Below, piece by piece: positions 1 to 10,790 of a stretch of 64,000 bases of DNA; position 1 is the stretch's first letter; each line of letters starts with the position of its first letter. The notes below the pieces were generated by a model, which saw nothing but the letters and a program-made list of their open reading frames with translations, searched no databases and was not told the DNA's origin. The translations under genes and the position numbers were made by a program. The DNA lies in NCBI GenBank assembly GCA_000165345.1, contig CM000431.1, positions 896,001 to 960,000 of the forward strand. The letters run 5' to 3'.

Positions 1-98
1 TTTGGACACTTCCTTTTCTTGTAAGAAGTTGTGAGAATTTTATCAATATTTCACTCAATAGTTCTTTTTACGACTCTGAAGATACTTCAAATGAATAT

Positions 99-1439
99 AT
101 GAAAAGATCTTTAGACTCTTTTGCTTTTCCAATCACATCAGAAAAGGGAAAAAAGCAACTTATTGCAGAATTTGAATCGTGTTGTAAAGTTTTGAATATT
201 AAAAGTTATCCAATTGAAGTTAAAAGCAAAATACCTATTCTGAAAACAATTACTGTAGTTTTATCTTTTGTTACTTATATTCCAATTAATCATTTAATTT
301 TAGCTAGTGGTAATGAAATCTTTCAACAGAAGCTTAAAGATGAAATCTTAAACTTGGAAAATACTATCGAGGAAATTATCTTGAAAGAATATCTTCAAGA
401 ATGTCAATCATTAGTTATTTCAGATGAATCTATTTTGGAAGCTGGAGATAGACGACAGTCTTTTAATTATGGTAATAATGAATCTGCTTTAATCTCAAAT
501 TATTCAGGAGTTTCTTGTAATTTGAAATTCAAATGTATTGGAATTGCTCCTTTAGAAGTATTAAGTGACTCTACTATTAAACAAGATAAAATTTCTATCT
601 ACGTTCCTGGTCTAAATTCATTAATTAATACAAAGTTAAATAATAAAAGCTTCCCTAATAATCTTGTTGTATCAAATCACTATCAAGAAGATCTTGAAAT
701 TAATTCTATTAGTTTCTTGTCTACAATGTGGCTTCAGAATTTCCATAAAGGATTGAATATTAAGGATAGGATTGGTAATAATATTAAAGGATGTAATGGC
801 AATATAGAACTTTCGTTATTTAAGGAGGCCATCAGAATTGGTTTTATAGATTGTTTTAGACTATTTACAAATGGAAATATAGATTGGATATTGGTTTCTG
901 GAAATTGTTCTTACACGGAAATTAAGGAAATCATTATTTGGATTTATGACTTGTATATTAATTCTATGGCATGCTTTGATAATGGTTTATTGGCTTCTTT
1001 AACACCAAGAGTAAGTTCTTTTCCAGGAAGTTTATCTTGGGATTCAAGAGATTCTTACAAGATTAGAGATTTATCAGGTGGAATTTTGAAACAATATGAG
1101 AGATATATTAAAGCTATTTCAGATTCATTAAATAATAAATATAAAATATCAGCTTCTTCTATAAATATTCCAAAGGTCATTTGGAATGTTATATTTGATC
1201 ATTTACAACCTATTAATACACTTAACTCCGTTCTTTCTGACTCTACCTTGTTTGAACAATTTTCTAATCTAATTTTAATTAGACAAAACTTACAAGAAGA
1301 TCATCAGGAGCTAGTTAAAAACTTGAAAAGAGAACAAATTTTGGATTCTATGGACTTATTGTCAAAAATGGACAAGGAGCTTTTCAATTATAGAGCTTTT
1401 AATTACTCTAATAGATTTAAGCTTGGTAGAGACGGATAA
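99..1439 (+). CDS. hypothetical protein (446 aa from first ATG). The reading frame is open upstream all the way to window position 3, so it may be 5' partial.
   Basis: A long ORF in a >70% AT background is highly non-random. Purine-rich codon usage matches the other genes in the window. No recognisable domain. Confidence 0.55.
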   Translation: MKRSLDSFAFPITSEKGKKQLIAEFESCCKVLNIKSYPIEVKSKIPILKTITVVLSFVTYIPINHLILASGNEIFQQKLKDEILNLENTIEEIILKEYLQECQSLVISDESILEAGDRRQSFNYGNNESALISNYSGVSCNLKFKCIGIAPLEVLSDSTIKQDKISIYVPGLNSLINTKLNNKSFPNNLVVSNHYQEDLEINSISFLSTMWLQNFHKGLNIKDRIGNNIKGCNGNIELSLFKEAIRIGFIDCFRLFTNGNIDWILVSGNCSYTEIKEIIIWIYDLYINSMACFDNGLLASLTPRVSSFPGSLSWDSRDSYKIRDLSGGILKQYERYIKAISDSLNNKYKISASSINIPKVIWNVIFDHLQPINTLNSVLSDSTLFEQFSNLILIRQNLQEDHQELVKNLKREQILDSMDLLSKMDKELFNYRAFNYSNRFKLGRDG

Positions 1440-1678
1440 ATTTAATTAGAAATAAATAAATATATAATCAAAAAGTAAATAATAATGAATTATATCGTTA
1501 GGTTAGATTTTTAACTAGGAAATGAGTATTACTAATGCAAATTACTTTAATTACCACAAATTTTATGTTTAATTATTTTTGAAGTAATGACGTGGCAAAT
1601 TAAATAAAAGAAAAAATAATTACTTAAGATATTTGATCTTATATTGTTTAGAATTTAATGATCAAGATTAAAACTTTA

Positions 1679-2785
1679 CTACTTTTTAATAATTTGAACA
1701 ACGTCTTCATCAATTAAAACATGGTCTTTTCCTACTCTTTGGGGATTATGTCTAACAGACTGACCCCAAACTAGAGCATATTTCATCTGAGGGAGTAATT
1801 GTTTATGTATTCTCCTACAAAAATCTGCTATAGTAGACTTATCACGTTTTAAAATAACTGGAGCAGCATAATCAGGAATCTGACCTTTAGGCTTAGTATA
1901 AATCCTAATAAGATCTAAATACTGCCATATTTTCTCAATAAGACCATCAAGATTCCATTCATGATGAGCAGATACTGGAACATAATGTGGACATTGTGAA
2001 AGAACATCCAATTCTTCAATAGTAATTTGATCAATCTTATTTAGAATATAAATACAAGGTAAATATATACGATTACCTTCAATAATATCAATAATATCAT
2101 CAGCAGTTGCATCACAACGGATAACAAAGTTAGCATTATTGATTCTATACTCTGAACAGATTGATTTAATAGTCTCCTCGTCAATATTTTTAAGTTGTAC
2201 AGTAGAAGTAATTGTAATTCCACCTCTGTCTTTTCTAGTAAATGATATATTTGGTGGTTGCTTATTTAACCTAATTCCAAAACCTTCCAATTCTCTCTCA
2301 ATAATTCTTTTATGTGTTAAAGGTTTTAAAGCATCTAAAACAATGAGAATTAAACTACATGTTCTACCTACACCAATAACTTGACGACCTCTACCTTTAC
2401 CATCCTTGGCTCCTTCAATAATTCCGGGTAAATCTAAGAGCTGAATTTTAGCACCTTTGTAATTAAATACACCAGGAACACATGTAAGAGTAGTAAATTC
2501 ATAAGCTGCTACTTCACTAAAAGTACCAGTTAATTTATTTAATAGGGTTGATTTACCTACAGAAGGAAAGCCAATAAGTCCTACTCTTGCTTCTCCTGTC
2601 TTGCTGACATCCCAACCTTCATTCCCTCCGCCACCTCCTCCTCTTCCATCGCCACCACTAATTACCTGTGCTCTTAGTTTTGCTAATTTTGCCTTTAATA
2701 AACCCAAATGAAAATTGGTTGCCTTATTTTTTTGAGTTCTGGCCATTTCGGCCTCTATCTCGGCAATCTTCTGAAGTAAACTCAT
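1679..2785 (-). CDS. DRG: developmentally regulated GTP-binding protein (DRG/Rbg1 family, Obg-like GTPase with C-terminal TGS region)
   Basis: N-terminus [36 protein letters not shown] is the canonical DRG start. G1 [10 protein letters not shown]3 DLPG, and a Gly-rich insertion are present. Full length. Confidence 0.9.
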   Translation of the reverse strand: MSLLQKIAEIEAEMARTQKNKATNFHLGLLKAKLAKLRAQVISGGDGRGGGGGGNEGWDVSKTGEARVGLIGFPSVGKSTLLNKLTGTFSEVAAYEFTTLTCVPGVFNYKGAKIQLLDLPGIIEGAKDGKGRGRQVIGVGRTCSLILIVLDALKPLTHKRIIERELEGFGIRLNKQPPNISFTRKDRGGITITSTVQLKNIDEETIKSICSEYRINNANFVIRCDATADDIIDIIEGNRIYLPCIYILNKIDQITIEELDVLSQCPHYVPVSAHHEWNLDGLIEKIWQYLDLIRIYTKPKGQIPDYAAPVILKRDKSTIADFCRRIHKQLLPQMKYALVWGQSVRHNPQRVGKDHVLIDEDVVQIIKK

Positions 2786-3358
2786 TTCAAATTCCTAAAG
2801 AACCACTCCAGAAATTCTTCTGATTATTTTTATCTTTTTTCCCCTTAATTTTACTCCTATTGAATTTATTTGTCTAATTGTCAATTATAAACCGGAACTT
2901 TTGGCGCCACAAATTTTTGAAATAATATTTTTGCTAAATATAATTTTTAATAGGTAATAAAAAGAGGGGCAAGGGAAAGGGTGTAATATTTTATTTATTA
3001 AGTGGGAAAATTATAGGCAAATTTAATATTAAGATTTGACAGATTAATATAAATAAAATATATTTTAGGATATATTTTGAAATATTAAGGTGTTAACTAA
3101 ACGTTGAAATGTTGAAATCTAATGCAAAATAGGAGAAAAGAACGACTATTATTTGTATAATGATTGAAATCATAAGAATCCCAGAAATTGAGTTCTATTA
3201 GATTTTTAAATAAGTTAAGATTTTTTTTTCTTAATAATACAAGATAGAAAAATTGAATATATATTGAATTGTATTTTTAACATTTTCCACCCTGTAGTAG
3301 TAATTATAACTTACGCTTAATTTAGAATGAAGATTTAATGCTTTAGCTTGGCATAATT

Positions 3359-3705
3359 CTAAAAATAAATTTTATTTATTATGAAGAATGCCATATTAAT
3401 TTTAAGTAAAATTCCATAAATCTTTGACTTACCATAAGTTAGCTCTTTAATTATTCTTTCAGATTTCTTCTTAACATATCCATTTTGACTGTTTAAATTA
3501 AAATCAGAATTAATTTTAATTTCGTCCATTTGTAGCCATGAAACTGGTGATAATAATGAAATAATACTTTCTGGATGATTATATTCGCTTAAATCTTCGT
3601 TCATTATCTTGAAAAATAATTAATTATTCATTTATTCTCTTTATTTTTAAAATTCATTAATTCAATTCTACTTACTTTTTCCACGTTATTTTCTTCGCTT
3701 GTCAT
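3359..3705 (-). CDS. candidate small multi-exon gene. Exon 1 is 3676..3705 (MTSEENNVEK). A GTAAGT intron spans 3608..3675. Exon 2 runs 3433..3607. A possible second GTAAGT intron spans 3350..3432, with a short third exon below 3349.
   Basis: ATG then 10 codons, then GTAAGTAG donor and tttttcAAG acceptor in frame with the ORF-track ORF 3359..3604. A second GTAAGT follows ..ELTYG. The product is not recognised. Confidence 0.3.
3608..3675 (-). other. intron (GTAAGT donor, AAG acceptor) of the candidate small gene
   Basis: Donor read as plus-strand ctacttac 3668-3675. Acceptor read as plus ct 3608-3609. Confidence 0.3.
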
Positions 3706-3911
3706 TGAAATATAATTTTTCAGAGTATTTATGAATATTTCAGTATTGTCCGACTATTTAAGAAAAAAATAGTACAATTTTGTACTTGAATTTCTTTATT
3801 TTTTTAATATTATTATTAATATTTAATTTTTAATTTACTTCTAAATTATTAACTACTTTGATTCTTCTTTAAATTATTGCCAGATGATTATTTCAATTAC
3901 GTGTAAAGAAA

Positions 3912-3928
3912 TTTGCATGCATGCAAAT
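3912..3928. promoter_or_regulatory. TTTGCATGCATGCAAAT perfect palindrome (double GCATGC core)
   Basis: GCATGC(A) cores also occur at 15481, 22433, 22544, 34797, 36396, 40885, 43132, 46628/46637 and 59318, all intergenic. Confidence 0.4.
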
Positions 3929-4047
3929 ATAATATATATATCATTACTTGCATGTAAAAAAGGAAAATAAATATTTCATTTGCAATAATCCTATTAAAAT
4001 TTAATGAAATTATTGATTTTTTATCTAAGCAAAATACTAAATAAAAA

Positions 4048-5925
4048 TTAAATTTTCTCATAAATGTACAAGTAAGACCAAAAAACTAAGCCAATGGGTG
4101 TTTCAAGAAAAAATGAATCAAAAACTCTGCGAATAAGTTTATAATTATGTTTATGGAGCCATTCTTGCAGATTTTCATTAAAGTATGAATTAATTACAAA
4201 GAATTTTGGTAATTCCCCAGAAAGTTTTCTATTAAATCTGTAATTCAAACAATTGTCAAAATTTGAAGTATTTAACTTAGTAATATTTGATGAAATATAT
4301 GGACTGGGGTAAGATGTATTCAACAAGGGATTAATAACAAAAATCTCCTCCAATAACTGTGTAGTATTTGGATGTGTCCAAAGTATTTCATTCATATTCT
4401 TATGTTTGATTGATTGATTAATATTAGGAGAACAATCAAAGAATCCAAATTTCACGTCTTGGTTTAAGAAAGAGTAGGCTGGATACATATGGCATTGAGA
4501 AACAAAGAAAATGGATCCATTCTTCTGCAAATTCAAATTGGACAAATATCTAATCGCAGATTCACCACCTCTTTGAAATATTGTTGTAAAGAAAAAAGCT
4601 GGAATAATTTGAGCTAGTAATGTTACTAGAAGGTACTTATTATTGAGATATATTCGAAAAATGCTAATACTACTAAATAATAACCCCATACAGTTATTAT
4701 TATCCATTTTGAAGAGCTTATGTATTTCTAAAATGAGTTTATATATTCCAAGGCTCGTGGTAATTAACAATATGGGAAAATAAGGGATAATAAAACGATG
4801 TTCTTTATGTGATGTAGTAGAAAGCAAGATCATAGTAATTAAAGTAGAAATTTGTGATATTTTAAATATTTGATTTTTTAAATTAAATGATTCGATGATT
4901 CCAAGAATCATAAATGGTAGATAAGAAAGTAAAGTAACAATTGGCATTTCAGTAAAGTAATAAAGTCTGGAATTTGAACCATATATTTGTCCTGGATCTC
5001 CCATCAAATTAAATTTAACAAAGTTAATCATTGGAATTGTAAATTTTTTGTAGAACAAATAATCCAAATAAAACATTACTGGTATTGTGATGAAAACAAC
5101 AACTATGCAAATTTTTAACAATTTCATGATTGTAAAAATTGAATATTTACTACCTTTATTAATAATATCTTTAATTTGAAAAATAATCAAAGTTAAGTAT
5201 AATATTAGCCAAAATTGAACAGATGAATGCCTAACTAAAACACTTAATGAAGAAAGAAATATTCCAATTATAAGAGATTGATTATCTGAGTAACTACCAT
5301 TAATCAATTCTTCTGATTTAATGATAAAATATATACTCCAGATATTAATACAATTTTCAACAGTTTGGGCATAAGTTCTACATAAAGTATAGAAATTATA
5401 CCAACTAAATAATGAAATAAATAATGCCACAAAATCTAATTTATATTTATTACATATTTTCTGGTAAAATGAAATTTTGAAGAAGATAGAATCTTTCAAA
5501 TTACTTTTGGATTTATTATCACTATCTTCAATTTTAGTTTCCATTCGAGCATAATAATTTTTGTGAAATATTGAATAAGCAACTTTACTTGTACCAATAT
5601 CTGTTAATATAGCAAATATAGACTGATAAAGCCTTGGAATAATGAAATAATAATTTGTATGATATAAACATTGGTAATTATTCTTACAGAAAAATTTTAC
5701 AATCTTTTTAAAGAAATTTATGATAATATAACATATAGTAAAAATTAGTGGATGAATAATACTTCTTAAAGATACACATGGTTCCCATTCCCATGTAAGG
5801 TACCCAAACTTATTCACAATTTTGTGTGCAACCTCTAAAGATTGCCAATACTCATCTGGATTATAAGTTGTGCGGATAAATAATGAATTTAGGATTCTAA
5901 AAACAATAATAATTATATAGACCAT
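4048..5925 (-). CDS. GT22-family Dol-P-Man dependent alpha-mannosyltransferase, most likely a GPI mannosyltransferase (PIG-B/GPI10-like or SMP3-like)
   Basis: N-terminal PDEYWQSLEVAH...GYLTWEW signature of GT22 (ALG9/ALG12/PIG-B/PIG-Z). HKEHRF motif. Multiple TM helices. 625 aa. Confidence 0.8.
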   Translation of the reverse strand: MVYIIIIVFRILNSLFIRTTYNPDEYWQSLEVAHKIVNKFGYLTWEWEPCVSLRSIIHPLIFTICYIIINFFKKIVKFFCKNNYQCLYHTNYYFIIPRLYQSIFAILTDIGTSKVAYSIFHKNYYARMETKIEDSDNKSKSNLKDSIFFKISFYQKICNKYKLDFVALFISLFSWYNFYTLCRTYAQTVENCINIWSIYFIIKSEELINGSYSDNQSLIIGIFLSSLSVLVRHSSVQFWLILYLTLIIFQIKDIINKGSKYSIFTIMKLLKICIVVVFITIPVMFYLDYLFYKKFTIPMINFVKFNLMGDPGQIYGSNSRLYYFTEMPIVTLLSYLPFMILGIIESFNLKNQIFKISQISTLITMILLSTTSHKEHRFIIPYFPILLITTSLGIYKLILEIHKLFKMDNNNCMGLLFSSISIFRIYLNNKYLLVTLLAQIIPAFFFTTIFQRGGESAIRYLSNLNLQKNGSIFFVSQCHMYPAYSFLNQDVKFGFFDCSPNINQSIKHKNMNEILWTHPNTTQLLEEIFVINPLLNTSYPSPYISSNITKLNTSNFDNCLNYRFNRKLSGELPKFFVINSYFNENLQEWLHKHNYKLIRRVFDSFFLETPIGLVFWSYLYIYEKI

Positions 5926-6327
5926 AATTAAGAATAAATTTTTTTTAACTTTGAGAAATTTTCAAAAACGAGTTTCTGGTAGTTATTTTGATTACTTACA
6001 AGATAATAAAATTCTAAAAATCAAATTAAATATTTATTAATACATAGAATCAATTACTCAAACTATTTCTTCTATTCAAAAGTTGAATTATTTTTTTTTT
6101 AAATTTCCATTACTAAAATTAATTTCTTATTTATTCACAAAAAAAAAAGTGGCGGGAAATGTCTGAACTATTAGTAATTATTTGACTTGAAGTTTTGGCA
6201 GTGGGGATATGTGGGGCGTAAATAAAATAAAAATTGACAAAAATAAAAAAAAAGACTATGTAAAATCTATTAATTGACAGAATTTAATATGGCAAAAATG
6301 ATAATTGCATTGGAAATAAATAATTAA

Positions 6328-7908
6328 TCAGATCAACTTGCTAATAACAGAATTTGAAATGCTTAGAGCAAGCTTAGGAAACTCATTTGAAAGTTGAACG
6401 AATTTAGGACTGTTAATTAGTACATCTACATGACAGGATGCAAAATCAACACAAAATTTGACAAGTTGATCAATTTTACAACGATGAGCAATAATAAGGA
6501 TTTCGCAAACATTATTAACTTCCACTAATTGTTTAACAGTTTTAATGCATAAATCAGAAAGAGCTGATAAGTTATAGGAATCTGCAATAAGTAATACATT
6601 ACACAATGTTTGGAGATCAGTTTCATCCAAGTAAGAAGTATAAAGAAATCTAATAATGACTTTGAATTCTTTTTTCGGAATATGTTCAAGACGGATTTCT
6701 TTTGAATTTGTTTCAGCCATGCCATTTTTGAACATTGATTTAAAGTATTGACTTTGAGCAACTAAAATGCATTTGTGTGCATATAAAGTTTCTTCATTTT
6801 CAAGAATGAAAATAATATCGCTAAATTCTGGATTATCAACAAGACTTTCCAAATTTGAAAGCATTGGTAATGAAATATTTTTGCTATGCATTGAACACGA
6901 GAACTTTCTTATATCTAATAAATAAGTATCCGATTTCCAACAGTTACCGTCATATCCACCAAATAAAAGACATTTACCGCCTGGAATAGTTGTTAGGGAG
7001 TTTCTTTGCCTAGGACTTGGAGAGTTCTTCTCAATTATCCTTTCCCAACGTACTATTGAAGGTAACTCAGAAATATCAAGAATAAATAAATCATTACACC
7101 TATTTTTTCCATCATATCCTCCAAACATTACAGCAGAAACATCATCTAATAAAGCTAAACTGTGACCTTTTCTTGCTGATGGACAGACACCAAAGACTTT
7201 TGGGGTTTGAAATTCTTTTTTTTCTGGATTATATAATGAAACATCACCAATATACTCTTTACCTGTGTTTCCACCAAAAAATATGATTCCTTTACTTGAA
7301 GAAATAGCACAATGACCATTTCTGTATCTTGGAATATAATTTTCAAATTCTATTTCATTCCAAGTCATTTTTGCAATATCATAAACCCATAAATCATTAA
7401 AACATTGAATTCCATCAAAACCTCCAAAAAGATAGAGCCTTCCAAAAATTCGTGTTAAGGAATGGCATGCCCTGGCTGAAGGTTTTTTTAACTTATTTGA
7501 AACCTTAACACGTTTCCAGCTTCCCAAAAGTTCTTCATTCACTTCTTCAGTGTAATTAAATGCATTCAAGTTATCGCTATTTAAATGATCTGTTCCTTTT
7601 ACTGTAAATTCATACAAATCACTAAGCCAAAATTCACCATTGTGACCTCCATGTATATATAATGAATTCCCATATACGGCAGATGCATGATTATTTCTAT
7701 TTTTTGGCCTCTTTTCAGAAGGTATCAATTTTTGCCAAAACATTACTTCTGAACTCGTATATAACACATAAAAATCATTTAGTGCTTGAAATCCATTCCA
7801 ACCACCAAATAAATATAACTTATCTTCTATTATGTTACACGTATGTGCAGCTCTTGGGGATGGGAGTTTACCCCTGAATTCCCCTGACATCCAAGGAGTT
7901 AATGACAT
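6328..7908 (-). CDS. Kelch-repeat protein with C-terminal BTB/POZ domain (LZTR1-like order: Kelch beta-propeller first, BTB last)
   Basis: Six Kelch-like repeats (LYLFGG.., IYVFGG.., W/Y spacing). C-terminal DIIFILENEETLYAHKCILVAQSQYFKSMF is a BTB domain. Confidence 0.8.
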   Translation of the reverse strand: MSLTPWMSGEFRGKLPSPRAAHTCNIIEDKLYLFGGWNGFQALNDFYVLYTSSEVMFWQKLIPSEKRPKNRNNHASAVYGNSLYIHGGHNGEFWLSDLYEFTVKGTDHLNSDNLNAFNYTEEVNEELLGSWKRVKVSNKLKKPSARACHSLTRIFGRLYLFGGFDGIQCFNDLWVYDIAKMTWNEIEFENYIPRYRNGHCAISSSKGIIFFGGNTGKEYIGDVSLYNPEKKEFQTPKVFGVCPSARKGHSLALLDDVSAVMFGGYDGKNRCNDLFILDISELPSIVRWERIIEKNSPSPRQRNSLTTIPGGKCLLFGGYDGNCWKSDTYLLDIRKFSCSMHSKNISLPMLSNLESLVDNPEFSDIIFILENEETLYAHKCILVAQSQYFKSMFKNGMAETNSKEIRLEHIPKKEFKVIIRFLYTSYLDETDLQTLCNVLLIADSYNLSALSDLCIKTVKQLVEVNNVCEILIIAHRCKIDQLVKFCVDFASCHVDVLINSPKFVQLSNEFPKLALSISNSVISKLI

Positions 7909-7973
7909 TTTATCTTCTGACTGAATTTTACCCTTTGTGATTTACCATTAAATTTCTTAAAGTAGATAAAGTA

Positions 7974-7998
7974 TGTATATATATATATATATATATAT
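7974..7998. repeat. (TA)n microsatellite in the Kelch / aminopeptidase divergent promoter
   Basis: About 12 TA units. Confidence 0.9.
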
Positions 7999-8356
7999 TG
8001 ATTACTAGATTAAATATCATAAAAAAAAGTTTGTAGAATAAATGGAAATGATTTAAATAATAATGGCCAAAATTAATTAAAGTTTCTTTATAGAAATGAC
8101 CATTTTACTAATATTAATCTTTAAATAATAAATATGAAATAGTTTTTCTTAATTTTTCAAATTGATTGAAATATGAATGTTTTTCTTTTTCAAGTAAGAA
8201 GAATTATTATGTTCAAAAGTCCCAATTATTGTTATAAAATTTACAGAAAAACACAGTTATTCCAGTTTTTGTTATTTTTATTTAATATCAATTTTTACTT
8301 TTTGCTTTTATTATTTCAATTATTAGGGTTTTTACATGTAAAATATTCAAGTCAAG

Positions 8357-8368
8357 TTGGCGCCAAAA
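8357..8368. promoter_or_regulatory. TTGGCGCCAAAA palindromic motif upstream of the aspartyl aminopeptidase gene
   Basis: The same TTGGCGCCA(A/C) core recurs at 2901-2910, 20403-20412, 32148-32157, 50673-50684 and 63634-63645, always intergenic and within about 100-550 bp of a start codon. Confidence 0.4.
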
Positions 8369-8640
8369 TGCAAAACATATTATTATATTTAAGTATTTAA
8401 TATTAAATGAAATATAATAAATAAATTATACATTAAAGTGAATATTAATAGGAATTATTAATTAATTATAATTAATATATATTTATAAATGAATTTAAAT
8501 ATATAAATTCGTGGGGAAATAATTAATATTTGAGAATAAAATAAACATTACAGATAAATAATAATTGGAAAGAAAGGGTTTTAAATCAAAGTATTAATTA
8601 TTAATAATCAAAGTTATTATCTATAAATTAAGTTTCAAAG

Positions 8641-10038
8641 ATGACAAAAGAGTTTTCTGATAAATTTCTCGAGTTTCTAAATAATACAGGTTCGCCATAT
8701 CACTCAGTGGATGAAACAATTAAGATACTTAAAGGGAGTGGGTTTGTAAAGTTGGATGATAATGAAGAAATAAAAAAAGGAGGTAAATACTATATAACTT
8801 TAAACTATAGTACTATTTTAGCATTTAAAGTAGGGGAAGAATTTGATTTAGAAGATGAAAGGAGTATGGTGGTTATAACAGGTTCACACACAGATAGTCC
8901 TTGTTTGAGAGTTAGACCGAGTTCTATAACTTGTAATGAAGGTTACACTCAATTGAGTGTTTCTACATATGGTGGAGGACTTTGGCATACATGGTTTGAT
9001 AGAGGTCTAGGAATTGCGGGAAAAGTGGTAGATAATGCATGCAATGAATATTTAATCAAAATTAAGAGACCAATATGTGCAATTCCAAATTTAGCAATAC
9101 ATTTAACAACTTCAGAGGAAAGATCTTCATTTGTATATGATAAGGAAAAGCATTTACAACCAATAATATCAAAAACGGATACAAATGATAAATATGGAGA
9201 ACAACTTTTATCTCTTCCACGTAGTTTGCTTGATGAGATTTGCAGAGAAATTAATGTTCAACCTCAGAACATTTCTTCATTTGATCTATGTTTGATGGAT
9301 TCAGTTGATTCTAGATATGTTGGTATTAATGATGAATTTATTGATTCTCCAAGACTTGACAATCTTGGAGGTGTTTTTTCATGTTTTACAGCTTTAATTG
9401 ATGCATCAGAATCAAATAGTAGTGATTTATTAATTTCTGTTGCATTTGACCATGAGGAAGTAGGAAGTGTCTCATTTTCAGGAGCTCACTCAGACTTTCT
9501 TAAACAAAGTCTAAAGTTAATTTTGGCTGGTTTGGAAAATTCTAATTTGAATAAATCAACACCTAAAGGAGTGGTAAATGCTAATCGAAATTCTGACTTG
9601 GAATTCTGTAAGATAATGAAGAGATCTATCTTTTTGAGTGTTGATATGGCTCATTCAATACACCCAAATTATCCCGAAAGGCATCAATCAAAGCATAAAC
9701 CTTCTCCAAATAATGGTATTGTAATTAAGACAAACTTTAATCAAGCTTATACAACAGACTGCACAACAAGAACATTCTTAAAGACTATTGCAAATAATTT
9801 CAATATAAAGACTCAAGATTTCCTAGTAAAAAATTCTTCTCCATGTGGTTCTACTATAGGCCCAATAGTTGCCTCCAATTTGGGAATTCGTACTGCCGAT
9901 ATTGGTGCATGCATGCTTGCAATGCATTCATGCAGAGAGTTCATGTACTACTCTGATATTTACGACTTGCAAAACTTTATTAAGGTATTTTACATGACTT
10001 GGTCAAAAGTAAAACTTGAATCAAAACTACTAGAATAA
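8641..10038 (+). CDS. aspartyl aminopeptidase (peptidase family M18)
   Basis: GSHTDSPCLRVRP, DHEEVGS, and HSCREF motifs. Length 465 aa is typical of M18. Confidence 0.9.
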   Translation: MTKEFSDKFLEFLNNTGSPYHSVDETIKILKGSGFVKLDDNEEIKKGGKYYITLNYSTILAFKVGEEFDLEDERSMVVITGSHTDSPCLRVRPSSITCNEGYTQLSVSTYGGGLWHTWFDRGLGIAGKVVDNACNEYLIKIKRPICAIPNLAIHLTTSEERSSFVYDKEKHLQPIISKTDTNDKYGEQLLSLPRSLLDEICREINVQPQNISSFDLCLMDSVDSRYVGINDEFIDSPRLDNLGGVFSCFTALIDASESNSSDLLISVAFDHEEVGSVSFSGAHSDFLKQSLKLILAGLENSNLNKSTPKGVVNANRNSDLEFCKIMKRSIFLSVDMAHSIHPNYPERHQSKHKPSPNNGIVIKTNFNQAYTTDCTTRTFLKTIANNFNIKTQDFLVKNSSPCGSTIGPIVASNLGIRTADIGACMLAMHSCREFMYYSDIYDLQNFIKVFYMTWSKVKLESKLLE

Positions 10039-10790
10039 TGGAAGTTGGTTGAAATTGAAATAAGTCCCAATTGTTAAAAGTTATTTTTTATTTATTAATA
10101 TTTTTTTATTAGACTTTTATGTTATAAGAATTTTTCCATTTTTTTATTTAATTTTATTATTGCATTAATTATTTTCCTTATTTCTAATTTATACAAAATA
10201 TTTTGTAATTTGCACTAACATGTAATTAAATGACGTGTAGTTCCCGCCGTTTTATTCAAGTCAATAAAAATAAATTAGACAAAAATAATAATGTAAATGA
10301 AAAGAGTAAAATAATTAAATATAAATTATAATTTTTTTTTCAAAAAGAAGGAAACGAATAATTTATTAGATGAAGAAGTTTAGAAATCAGGTTATTTTTG
10401 GTTAAATTTAATATTAATTAATTTTAAAGAAAGAAAGTTAAATTTGAAAAGTATTTATTTATTAAAGCAAAAATTTGAATTAGTTTAATTAATGGAATTA
10501 AGGAAAAATATTCGTGATATATATATTTAAGTTAATGGGTTTTTTAATAAGAAGCAAGATCCTATTGTATTTGACCAATTAATTGAATTGAAAAAAAAAG
10601 TGGTTATGAATAGAAAGTGGGGAAGAAATAGTTATTAATTGGAATTTAAGAGTTTGTGAAATATATAAATATTAAAAGAAAGACGTAATTTTTAAAGAAA
10701 TTAACATTTTTAAGCTGTGAAACATATTTTTATTTTCATTTCTTCTTCACTACTAATTCTAAACCATTAACTTTTTTTTTCAACGAAAAG

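Noticed and set aside
2041-2384. ORF-track ORFs 2041..2223(-) and 2139..2384(+) nested in or antisense to the DRG gene
   Set aside because: They overlap a strongly conserved CDS and are Leu/Ile/Phe-rich, which is typical of antisense translation of purine-rich coding DNA. No independent support.
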